NCBI GenBank assembly: GCA_033764315.1
Contig: JANRJA010000242.1
Location: 1 to 64,000 of the forward strand
Length of the DNA stretch: 64,000 bases
From: Oculatellaceae cyanobacterium bins.114
GTDB lineage: Bacteria; Cyanobacteriota; Cyanobacteriia; Elainellales; Elainellaceae
Reading direction: 5' to 3'
Shown: in pieces, positions 39,326 to 47,963 of the stretch
How positions within the stretch are numbered: position 1 is the first letter of the stretch
How the letters are laid out: every line of letters begins with the position of its first letter
Notes under the pieces: generated by a model
Databases searched by the model: none
What the model was told of the DNA's origin: nothing
Seen by the model: the letters and a program-made list of their open reading frames with translations, nothing else
Program-made: the position numbers and the translations under genes

Positions 39326-39490
39326 CTGACAAATCTTTATGCTTGGCGATTGAAATCGTAGTTACTAGGAGCAAAACCCCGCCGACGCGGGTTACAGAAA
39401 ATATTGATGTATCCAGACTTCGATCGGATAGGCGCGAATCAATTCGCCAGTCACAGCACGGAATATTAAGGGCTTCAGAACTTTTGTCAG
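39326..39490. mobile_element. 165-bp MITE-like element with CTGACAAA/TTTGTCAG ends
   Basis: Terminal inverted repeats; inner modules shared with the 46599 element; partial second copy near 40419. Confidence 0.65.
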
Positions 39491-39682
39491 TCAATCAGGG
39501 TTTCTTTTTTACATCAACTGGATAATTAGTCGGGATGGGGCTAGTCGTGAGCAGTTAAGTGGGTAGGTGTTAGATGCAAAATGGGTGCAGGTTAGCTCAA
39601 AACATGAAACCCACGTTCGTATGGGGTTCGCGATCGCTAACCTATCCTACAAATAATTGTGCCTTCCTACTTAGAATTTGCG

Positions 39683-40114
39683 TTATTGCTGAAACTTAGA
39701 AGGGCGTGAAAAGCTATGAGGGAATGAGGCTTTTCTGCCAGTTAGAAGGTGCTGCACTTGATTTAAAAGTTCCTCTGCTGACATATTTTTGTCAAGATGA
39801 GCATCTGCTTCAGGACAAAACTCAACTACCTGAGGCAACACTTGTTTCGTAAAAAAAGCAGAGATCAAAACCAGCACAGGTGGAGTTTTTATACTCTTTT
39901 TAATTAAATGAATTAACTCACAACCATCAATCTCTTTTTGATAGCTTCGAGATGGCATTGAGAAGTCGATCAGTGCTAAATCAAAATGTTTAGCGTCTTC
40001 AAGAAATGCATGGGCATTCGTAAAAGTTGCTACAGCATAGCCTGGTCGATGGAGCAGGTATGCGATCGCCAAGCACCAAGCTTCACTGTCGTCTACTACA
40101 GCTATCTTGTACAT
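39683..40114 (-). CDS. Single-domain response regulator
   Basis: IAVVDD, LALIDFSMP, LISA, LDK. Confidence 0.88.
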   Translation of the reverse strand: MYKIAVVDDSEAWCLAIAYLLHRPGYAVATFTNAHAFLEDAKHFDLALIDFSMPSRSYQKEIDGCELIHLIKKSIKTPPVLVLISAFFTKQVLPQVVEFCPEADAHLDKNMSAEELLNQVQHLLTGRKASFPHSFSRPSKFQQ

Positions 40115-40496
40115 AATTAAACAAGTTTATTATGAATAGAATGTTCTATACTTTGTTGTACTGCAAAACCAAATGCCAATCGAACTACCTTAAGTGTTAC
40201 GTGAAGGAAATCAAAAGTTGTAAACTCCAACTTTATGTTTTGTGAACATGCTTCTGTAGTCAGGCTGTAGATCTAATGTTTAACAGACACTGACATTGAG
40301 TAAACAAAGCGATCGCAGGGTTTAACCTGATTTGATTACTTTAAGCAATGGAAAGAATAGTCAAACTCACTTTAATGCGTTCAGCCCAACCTTATTAAAG
40401 TGTCTTCATCCTGACTATCTGACAAATCTTTGATGCTCGCGCTTGAAATCGCAGCAGGTCTCAGACAACCTTGATCAGGAGTTGGGTGAAATTAAA

Positions 40497-40549
40497 TATA
40501 GCAATCCCAAATGAGATGTGCCTCTCACAACCCATTTAGGATTGCTATA
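40497..40549. mobile_element. Minimal 53-bp TATAGCAATCC...GGATTGCTATA element
   Basis: Near-perfect 17-bp terminal inverted repeats with TA ends. Confidence 0.75.
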
Positions 40550-40576
40550 GATGTAGGTTGGTTACTGAAACGCGCC

Positions 40577-41209
40577 TTATTTGCCTTCAAACAAATTCAT
40601 CTGACCACGATATCCTGTAACGATGCGGCTCCCATCTTTAAGCACATGAATTTCAACTTGATCACTTGCCCACGTTAAGCGATCGCTCAAAGCAGGATTA
40701 AAGACATGCACTCGTTGGTTAAGTGACGAGACACAAGAGGTTGATGAATGGATCGCCAATGATTCGATGTAAGGACCATCAATTAAAACATCCAGTTCAT
40801 CTAACAACGATTGAGCACCCGCTGGCGCATAAGCCCCCTGGAGTTGCTCTAGGGTAAAGCCACTAAAAGACATCACATTCAAGCCAGCCGCTTTAACCCG
40901 ATGAGCCAATGTTGTCAGAGCAGGGGCTTGCCAAAAAGGTTCTCCACCTGAAAAGGTGACTCCTTCATTGCGATGATTACTAAGAATTCGATCAACCAAC
41001 GTATCAACGGCAATCAGCTGATTCATTTCAAAAGACCAGGAATCAGGATTGAAACAACCAGCGCACTGCCGCAAGCATCCCTGCACCCAGATGACAGCTC
41101 GACATCCTGGACCATTCACCTCTGATTCATCCACATATCCCATGATATTGAGATACCCCGGAGGAATTTCAAATAGCTTTTCGTAGGATTGATGATTAAC
41201 GTGTGTCAT
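40577..41209 (-). CDS. NrdG-like radical SAM (activase-family) protein
   Basis: VNGPGCRAVIWVQGCLRQCAGCFNP, GVTFSGGEPF, LDVLIDGPY. Confidence 0.85.
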   Translation of the reverse strand: MTHVNHQSYEKLFEIPPGYLNIMGYVDESEVNGPGCRAVIWVQGCLRQCAGCFNPDSWSFEMNQLIAVDTLVDRILSNHRNEGVTFSGGEPFWQAPALTTLAHRVKAAGLNVMSFSGFTLEQLQGAYAPAGAQSLLDELDVLIDGPYIESLAIHSSTSCVSSLNQRVHVFNPALSDRLTWASDQVEIHVLKDGSRIVTGYRGQMNLFEGK

Positions 41210-41294
41210 AGTTTTTTTCTACAGTTTTTTCTATGTTTTTTCTAGGAGTGATGCTCTAAAAGTCATGTTTGGGAGAAACGGCTACCTTGTCTAT

Positions 41295-42107
41295 TTAAGG
41301 TTGGTGACTCGTGTCAAGAGGATAACGAACTGGAACACCAACCACACTCTGAATGCGATCGCCAAATTGTTTCAATACTGTTGCATCAACTGTCTTGAGC
41401 ATCCGAGTTGGGTAAGTGCGATCTAAGGAATGATTACCCCTGGCATTGAGTTGATAGGTGAGAGGTTTGGGGCGAGTTGGCGTATTAAGTTGAATCTCAT
41501 CCGGTAGCAGCGTTTGCATCCAACGCACATATCGCTCTTGTAAGGCTTCATCCCAAGGGGTGAGCAGCATGGTTTGAACAGCGAGATGCCCTTGATAGTC
41601 TTGACGAAACAAATACAATCCCGTCCAAATCTCTGGCAAGCTCATCTCTGCCGTAGGACGGTTGACACGCCGAAACTGATCAGAAGAAATAGCATCTAAT
41701 TTAATGGATACCTGATTGGCGATCGCCAGCTCAGCCCGCACGGTTGCATCATTGAGCAAACTGCCATTGGTAAGTACCCCTACTGGCTTGGCTGTCAGGG
41801 TCTTTGCCATTTGCAGGATGTCACCTAAGTTCAGTGCCAATGTGGGTTCACCACTTCCACTCAGGGTAATCACATCCACATCCCAAGGAGCAACTGATAC
41901 CAGATCTTGCTGAATCTGCTGAGTCGAAACAAAAACCCGGCGATCGCCCTGTTGATGCTTAATCTCACCTAACTGGCAATACACACAATTAAATGAGCAA
42001 GTAGAGACTGCGCCAATGGGGTCAATGCCGAGCGATCGCCCAAATCGCCAGGAGGTGACAGGCCCGTAAACCGAAGCAACGGATTGCATCGCTGTAGATT
42101 GAATCAC
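41295..42107 (-). CDS. Radical SAM protein of unknown function
   Basis: YGPVTSWRFGRSLGID, CSFNCVYCQLG, TLSGSGEPTL, LTNGSLL. Confidence 0.88.
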   Translation of the reverse strand: MIQSTAMQSVASVYGPVTSWRFGRSLGIDPIGAVSTCSFNCVYCQLGEIKHQQGDRRVFVSTQQIQQDLVSVAPWDVDVITLSGSGEPTLALNLGDILQMAKTLTAKPVGVLTNGSLLNDATVRAELAIANQVSIKLDAISSDQFRRVNRPTAEMSLPEIWTGLYLFRQDYQGHLAVQTMLLTPWDEALQERYVRWMQTLLPDEIQLNTPTRPKPLTYQLNARGNHSLDRTYPTRMLKTVDATVLKQFGDRIQSVVGVPVRYPLDTSHQP

Positions 42108-42755
42108 GTAAATTTCCCTCTCTTGAAGATTGACGTTTTTCTCTAAGCTGTCGTTGACTACACCACGCTTATTGGAGAACTCTAGAGTTGTTTTGACCTG
42201 AAAGTAGTGCCACCCAAATTTGCAATTTAAAGGTACTGAACTGGAAGTCCCTCAACATTAGCCACAAAAAATGAGGAACTTGTGATGATGGTGGCGTCAT
42301 CAGAGCCAATTTAGAAAGCTTGACTGCTTAACCCTCGCCGAAGAATGAACGAGATTTGGGGAGAGCTATAGGTCATGCAAAAGGTTGTGAAGTTTCTATG
42401 AACTCTTAGAACCGTTTCATGTTTTTTCATAAATGGAACAAATCGTCATTTAGTTTTGTTTGCCCCAAAGCGGTATAACAAAGATGTGTACATCATTAAC
42501 CCCGTGTTTTCACGGTTGTCATCTTCTAAAAAGGCAAGTTAACGACACATCAGGTATTCATTTACGGACTACTTCATATCAATCAAAGTTATTCAACGTA
42601 GCTTTTTTTAAGTCGCTGACATGAGGGTCTTCTCATTTAAGATCCGGGTTCATTCACAAAATATTTGATGGATTAAACCCTGCCAACTCTACTCGCGGAC
42701 TGGTTTGGGATTGCCTATTCAAACGTTTGGTTTTATATCGCCCCCATTTTCAACC

Positions 42756-45404
42756 ATGAGCGCTAACTTATCCCCCCGTTCTATTCGCAATCTAGCCAAT
42801 CGATCGTTAAACGCATCTCAACAAGCATCCGCGTTTAACGAGCCATCTCACCAACAGCAAGTAACCACACTGCGACGCAGCAGCAACCCAACCTCTCTGG
42901 GGCGATCGCGCGATGACAGCCACATTGGCATTGCCGAGTTATTTCGACGCGACCCCCTCAGCATTAACAATCTCAATGAATACGTTGGCGATGTTGTCGA
43001 TTTATTGACTGACAATGATGCGCCTGTTCTTTTAAACAATCGTGAGTTGACATTGACGCAGGGTGATCAAAAAGTGATTACGCGATCGCTCCTGCGAGTG
43101 ACAGATACAGATAATACTTCATCAGAATTAACCTTTACGCTCCGGCAGGTGCCCCGCTATGGCAACTTGTTAATTGGCAACAGGGCATTAGAGGTAGGGC
43201 AACGCTTTACACAAACAGATATCGATCGTGGACGACTACGCTATTTCAACAACGGCAGGTCAATATCTCCAGACTCCTTTCGGTTTATCGTCTCCGATGG
43301 TGTCAACTCACTTGGCGTGAGAGCCTTTGGCATCAGGGTCAATCCGCTTCCACCTCCGCCCCCCATTAATCGACCGCCAGTTTTAAATGTCAACCAAGGA
43401 TTAACCCTTAATGCGGGTGAAACCGGTGTTATTAATAGCTCTTTTTTGACTGCCACCGATCCTGAGAGTGACCCATCTCAGGTCATATACCGATTAGAAA
43501 CAACGACCAGTAATGGAACGGTATTTTTAAATGGCACGGCGATCAGCTCTAGTCAAACGTTTACCCAAGCTGATATCAACACAGGGTTGCTGACCTATCA
43601 ACACAACGGCACGCGCACCAACCAGGATGGTTTCCGTTTTTCTCTAACGGATGGCAATACAACGATTCGCAGTCTCTCGTTTAATATCGGCATCATTTTG
43701 CCCAACCTACCGCCCACATTGGCAGTTAACACAGGCTTAACAGTGACAGAAGGGGCGATCGCCCCCATCTCCAATACTGCCCTACAAACCACAGATGCTG
43801 AAAATGGGTCTAATTTCCTGTTTTATCAAATCAATCAAGGGGTAACTCATGGCACTTTGCTGTTGAACAACATTCCGTTAACAGTCGGTCAAACGTTCAC
43901 TCAAGCTGACATTGACAATAACCAACTACGATATCAACACGATGGCACCGAAACGAATCAAGATAGTTTTGGGTTTGTCGTGACTGACGGCGCAGCAACG
44001 ATCACAGGTTCTTTTGCACTGAACATCAATTTGGTGAATGATGCACCCGTGTTAATCAACAACACCGGGTTAACCCTCACCCCAGGGACATCACCCGTTA
44101 TTGGCAGAAACCAATTACTGGCGACCGATGAAGAACAGGACACATCAGAACTCATTTATACCGTTACTGAATTGCCCATTAATGGGTTTGTGCGCCGCAA
44201 TGGCACAGCATTACAAGTGGGAGATACTTTCACGCAAAATGACATTGATGCTGGGCGCATCACTTATCGTAATCTTGGGGGAGTGAGACGGTTGACTGGT
44301 AATGGCGTGGAAGAGGCGCAACCTCAAACTTCCGGTCTACATGTGGCATGGCGAGGATTTGATGGCAACGATTATGAGATCTATTTTCATGATCTGGCAA
44401 CAGGAACGACTAGACGACTGAGCAACAATCTCTTTTTAGATATCGATCCTCAAATCTCTGGTTCAAACTTGATCTGGCACACAGACGACGGTGAAAATGA
44501 TGTGTACTTCTTCAACGGGTCAACGGGTCAGGTTCGCAATATAACAAATGGAGCGTATACAGCGGTTCGCAATGCTGAAATTTCTCGCTCTGCCTCAGAA
44601 CCATCAGGGACTAAAGTGGTCTTTCAAGGTAAAAACCTTGGCGAAAACGATTTAGATATCTTCCTCTATGACGCTATTACAAATCAAATTACTCAATTAA
44701 GTAATAGTACTCGCGACGACATTAACCCTCAGGTCAACGATCGCTACGCCATCTGGCAAGAGTTTGATGGCAACGATTACGAGATTGTTTATTTGGATCT
44801 CGTCACCGGAGTCAAGACTCAGTTGACCAATAACGACTTTGAAGATCGAAATCCCAAAATTTCGGCGAGTGGAGCTATTTTCTTGGGCTTAGATGCCACT
44901 CAACAGGATGTCTTTTTCTACGATCGCCTTCAAGGAACGGTGACAAATCTCTCCAATAATCCCTTTATTGACACTGACCGTGAGGTTGATCGGGAAGGGC
45001 CAGGAGTAAGTGTCACTTGGCGATCGCAGGTTAACAACCAGGACTTCGAGGTGTTCCTGCGAAACGGAACTACAGGACAACTCCTCCGTCTCACGGATGA
45101 TTCCTCTGCTGATGACGACCCCCACACCTCGCTAACTAATGTCGCATGGACTAGCAACAACGACGGAGATAATGAGATCTTCTTCTACAACGGCATCACA
45201 GGCGACATTACTCAACTGAGCAACAACGCTGTAGATGACATCGACTCTCAAATCTCTCGCTATAGCGTTGTCTGGCGAGGTCAGAATGGGGCAGATTATG
45301 ATGTCTTTTTTGCTAACACCGGTACCAGCGATCGCTTTGGCTTTACTCTCTCTGATAGCGCAGGGGGAGTGCTCACCAGCACCTTCAATTTCACCATTGG
45401 CTAG
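42756..45404 (+). CDS. Cadherin-like/CSPG-repeat surface protein with a beta-propeller-like repeat region
   Basis: Four ND.P.L..N..LT...FTQ.DI..G.L.Y..D.F.F..SDG repeats; (D.EIF.Y...TG....LT.N...D..PQ) repeats; ATG at 42756 preferred. Confidence 0.85.
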   Translation: MSANLSPRSIRNLANRSLNASQQASAFNEPSHQQQVTTLRRSSNPTSLGRSRDDSHIGIAELFRRDPLSINNLNEYVGDVVDLLTDNDAPVLLNNRELTLTQGDQKVITRSLLRVTDTDNTSSELTFTLRQVPRYGNLLIGNRALEVGQRFTQTDIDRGRLRYFNNGRSISPDSFRFIVSDGVNSLGVRAFGIRVNPLPPPPPINRPPVLNVNQGLTLNAGETGVINSSFLTATDPESDPSQVIYRLETTTSNGTVFLNGTAISSSQTFTQADINTGLLTYQHNGTRTNQDGFRFSLTDGNTTIRSLSFNIGIILPNLPPTLAVNTGLTVTEGAIAPISNTALQTTDAENGSNFLFYQINQGVTHGTLLLNNIPLTVGQTFTQADIDNNQLRYQHDGTETNQDSFGFVVTDGAATITGSFALNINLVNDAPVLINNTGLTLTPGTSPVIGRNQLLATDEEQDTSELIYTVTELPINGFVRRNGTALQVGDTFTQNDIDAGRITYRNLGGVRRLTGNGVEEAQPQTSGLHVAWRGFDGNDYEIYFHDLATGTTRRLSNNLFLDIDPQISGSNLIWHTDDGENDVYFFNGSTGQVRNITNGAYTAVRNAEISRSASEPSGTKVVFQGKNLGENDLDIFLYDAITNQITQLSNSTRDDINPQVNDRYAIWQEFDGNDYEIVYLDLVTGVKTQLTNNDFEDRNPKISASGAIFLGLDATQQDVFFYDRLQGTVTNLSNNPFIDTDREVDREGPGVSVTWRSQVNNQDFEVFLRNGTTGQLLRLTDDSSADDDPHTSLTNVAWTSNNDGDNEIFFYNGITGDITQLSNNAVDDIDSQISRYSVVWRGQNGADYDVFFANTGTSDRFGFTLSDSAGGVLTSTFNFTIG

Positions 45405-45531
45405 TTCTAAATCAAGCCACGGGTGAAGATGAGACCCCTCTTCTCACCCACTTGCAGGATTACGGAACCCTCACAACACGAGACACTGATGAGATTGTTG
45501 TCGGTCTTATGCCAGATTAGCCCCTTACTCC

Positions 45532-46458
45532 ATGTCCTTGCGCCCCAAATTTTTAAGCCCACGCTGGGTTGACTCCTATCGCCATGAGTTTGGCTTTGCG
45601 GCGATCGCACTGGCTGCAACTCTGTGGGCGATTGCGGCGATCGCTGCTAGTCAACTGTTTGCGGCTGGGGTGACGCCCTTACAGTTAGCCATGAGCCGTG
45701 CAGTAATTGCGGCGATCGGGCTAGGGGTGATCAACCGTTGGACTAAGCAATCTCAACATTGGCGAGACTGGCGCATTGGCATCCTGGGTCTGTCTCTGGC
45801 ACTGGTGACTCTGTGTTATTACATTGCCATTGAGCGGTTATCTGTGGCGATCGCGGTCGTTATTCAATACACGGCTCCAGCGTTAATCGTGCTGATCAGT
45901 GCGATGCGGTTGGGGCGGTTGCCATCCTGGGCAACTACAATCGCGGCAGGCATTGCTTTATTAGGGGTGGTGTTTGTCTCTGGGTTAGGCACTGATGACT
46001 TGCGGTTAGACACCATAGGGCTAATCGCGGCTGGATTAAGTGCCATCTTCTTTGCCAGTTACACCTTATTGAGTGAGGCCCTGGTCGATCGATATGGCGC
46101 GATCGGGGTGATGTTTCGCGGCTTTGCTGTCTCTAGTGGACTGTGGATCTTGATTCAACTGCCTCAAGGAGTGCCATCAGCAGTTTTTCAACTCCATACC
46201 CTACCCGGCATCTTATTTGTCGGCATTGGAGGAACGCTAGTGCCGTTTAGCCTGTTGTGTTGGGGCATTCAACAGGTGCGGGTAGAACGAGGGGCGATCG
46301 CCGCCACTCTAGAACCTGTCATGGCAGCAGGGTTAGCCTGGATCGGCTTAGGGCAGTCGCTCACACTTCTGCAACTGCTAGGAGGTACCTTGGTGATCAT
46401 AGCCGTCACACTGTTGCAAGTTCAAAAGGGCGATCGCCCGATGCAACCAGGGCTTTGA
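45532..46458 (+). CDS. EamA/DMT-family transporter
   Basis: About 10 transmembrane helices; YYIAIERLSVAIAVVIQYTAP, ATLEPVMAA. Confidence 0.9.
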   Translation: MSLRPKFLSPRWVDSYRHEFGFAAIALAATLWAIAAIAASQLFAAGVTPLQLAMSRAVIAAIGLGVINRWTKQSQHWRDWRIGILGLSLALVTLCYYIAIERLSVAIAVVIQYTAPALIVLISAMRLGRLPSWATTIAAGIALLGVVFVSGLGTDDLRLDTIGLIAAGLSAIFFASYTLLSEALVDRYGAIGVMFRGFAVSSGLWILIQLPQGVPSAVFQLHTLPGILFVGIGGTLVPFSLLCWGIQQVRVERGAIAATLEPVMAAGLAWIGLGQSLTLLQLLGGTLVIIAVTLLQVQKGDRPMQPGL

Positions 46459-46553
46459 TACCCCATTCAACAACAACAGCGATATCATCTCTCCCCACCC
46501 TATCCCCATACCCCTCTCCTGTTTCAGCCAAAACCGAACCGCTAGAGGTGACA

Positions 46554-46847
46554 TATAGCAACGGTCAAGACAGCTGATATAGCCCAACCCTTATGCGTAA
46601 CGTCAGTTCGGTTTAAGAGCATAGCGAATAAATTCGCAGCTATCAGAGCGAAGTTTGCCTTCGCGAACTACGGAGAATCACGGGTTGAGTGAACCGACGC
46701 AGGTCGGTTTTGCTCCTGTAGCTGCGGTTTCAACCGCCAAAATCCTTATCCCGAATTCACGTTATGCGTAGGGTATCCCCAGACAAAGATTCCACCATTT
46801 GGCTGAGCTTACTGCATCCAGTCTTAATCTGAACTCGTATTGCTATA
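46554..46847. mobile_element. Possible outer TATAGCAA...TTGCTATA element enclosing the 46599 MITE
   Basis: Matching TA-flanked 8-bp inverted ends of the same type as 40497-40549. Confidence 0.45.
46599..46763. mobile_element. 165-bp MITE with a 6-bp target-site duplication (ATGCGT)
   Basis: Ends AACGTCAGTTCGG / CCGAATTCACGTT; ATGCGT at 46593-46598 and 46764-46769. Confidence 0.85.
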
Positions 46848-46894
46848 GAAGACTTTCAAAGATGCTTTGACTAGCATTAGTCAAATCCAAAAGA

Positions 46895-46967
46895 GTTTTG
46901 ATTCAAACAGTTGACACATAGACAATGGCTTGTTATCTTATAAATAACAGATTGTTTGAATCAAAAC
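46895..46967 (+). promoter_or_regulatory. Sigma70-type promoter (TTGACA-N17-TATCTT) bracketed by perfect 15-bp inverted repeats
   Basis: -35 at 46911-46916, -10 at 46934-46939; GTTTTGATTCAAACA (46895-46909) and TGTTTGAATCAAAAC (46953-46967). Confidence 0.7.
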
Positions 46968-47028
46968 AATCACACATCAAATAGAATCGCTTCAAACAAT
47001 TCACTGAAACACTCCAAGGAGATTCACC

Positions 47029-47535
47029 ATGAAACGCCTCATACTTGCTAGTTTGTCTGCTTTAGTTTTGAGCACCTATGCTGGAACCGCTAACTCAGCC
47101 ACTCCCCCATCAGGTGACTCTAACCCCAGCGATCTACGTAACTCTACTGTTGATACCAGTGAAGTGATTCGCCCCAATACTAAGGCTCGCCCTGTCTCTG
47201 GCGACTCTAACCCCAGCGATCTACGTAACTCTACTGTTGATACCAGTGAAGTGATTCGCCCCAATACTAAAGCTCGTCCTGTCTCTGGCGACTCCAACCC
47301 TAGCGATCTGCGTAACTCTACTGTTGATACCAGTGAAGTGATTCGCCCCAGTACTAAGGCTCGCCCTGTCTCTGGCGACTCCAACCCTAGCGATCTGCGC
47401 AACTCTACCGTTGATACTCGTGACGTAATTCGCCCCAATACTAAAGCTCGTCCTGTCTCTGGCGACTCCAACCCTAGCGATCTACGCAACTCTACCGTTG
47501 ATACTCGTGACGTAATTCGCCCTAACGTCAAATAA
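47029..47535 (+). CDS. Secreted tandem-repeat protein (signal peptide plus about five 29-aa repeats)
   Basis: AGGAG RBS, Sec signal MKRLILASLSALVLSTYAGTANSA, repeat SGDSNPSDLRNSTVDTSEVIRPNTKARPV; most differences between units are synonymous in this frame. Confidence 0.85.
   Translation: MKRLILASLSALVLSTYAGTANSATPPSGDSNPSDLRNSTVDTSEVIRPNTKARPVSGDSNPSDLRNSTVDTSEVIRPNTKARPVSGDSNPSDLRNSTVDTSEVIRPSTKARPVSGDSNPSDLRNSTVDTRDVIRPNTKARPVSGDSNPSDLRNSTVDTRDVIRPNVK
47110..47532 (+). repeat. 87-bp tandem repeat, four full units plus one 75-bp unit
   Basis: Units start at 47110, 47197, 47284, 47371 and 47458. Confidence 0.95.
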
Positions 47536-47610
47536 TTAAACGCTTCAGGTTCTATTTTTTTCGTCAATTGTTTGCATCAAAACTATAACGACGCAAACAA
47601 AGGAGGTACT

Positions 47611-47778
47611 ATGACAACCCGTTTAATGTTTACAGGTTTAATGAGTTTGATTGTTGTTTTGGCATCACCTCAAGCTATCCATGCCTATCCAACAGTTTCA
47701 ACATCAACCGAGCCGACCAATCCCTCGCCTAATCTACCTGAATTAACACCAGGATTTCCCATGATTAGTGTGAGCTAA
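47611..47778 (+). CDS. Small secreted peptide (55 aa)
   Basis: AAGGAGG RBS before the ATG at 47611; signal peptide ending AIHA; Pro/Thr/Ser-rich mature part of about 30 aa. Confidence 0.65.
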   Translation: MTTRLMFTGLMSLIVVLASPQAIHAYPTVSTSTEPTNPSPNLPELTPGFPMISVS

Positions 47779-47913
47779 GTTATTGCAAACAGGGAGTAGA
47801 CTGAGTTATTAACCCCAACATCTGGTCTAATTGTTACCCAGTATTCTCTCCCTGTTTGTCTCAGTCATGTTGTACCCAATATTTGGCGATCGCTCCTATG
47901 CAATTGCCTCAAC

Positions 47914-47943
47914 GCAGACATCTACAAAAGATGTCTGTTTTTT
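47914..47943 (+). terminator. Intrinsic terminator
   Basis: GCAGACATCT-acaaa-AGATGTCTGT followed by a T run. Confidence 0.65.
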
Positions 47944-47963
47944 ATGCAGGGGTTACACTATTT

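Noticed and set aside
39249-39525. Short ORFs on both strands
   Set aside because: They coincide with a terminator and a MITE and show no coding features.
47110-47532. 87-bp repeats as a CRISPR array
   Set aside because: The units are contiguous with no unique spacers, stay in frame within an ORF that has a signal peptide, and no cas genes are present.
47076-47567. 163-aa antisense ORF over the repeat gene
   Set aside because: It is a shadow of the repeat; the plus strand has the RBS, promoter and signal peptide.
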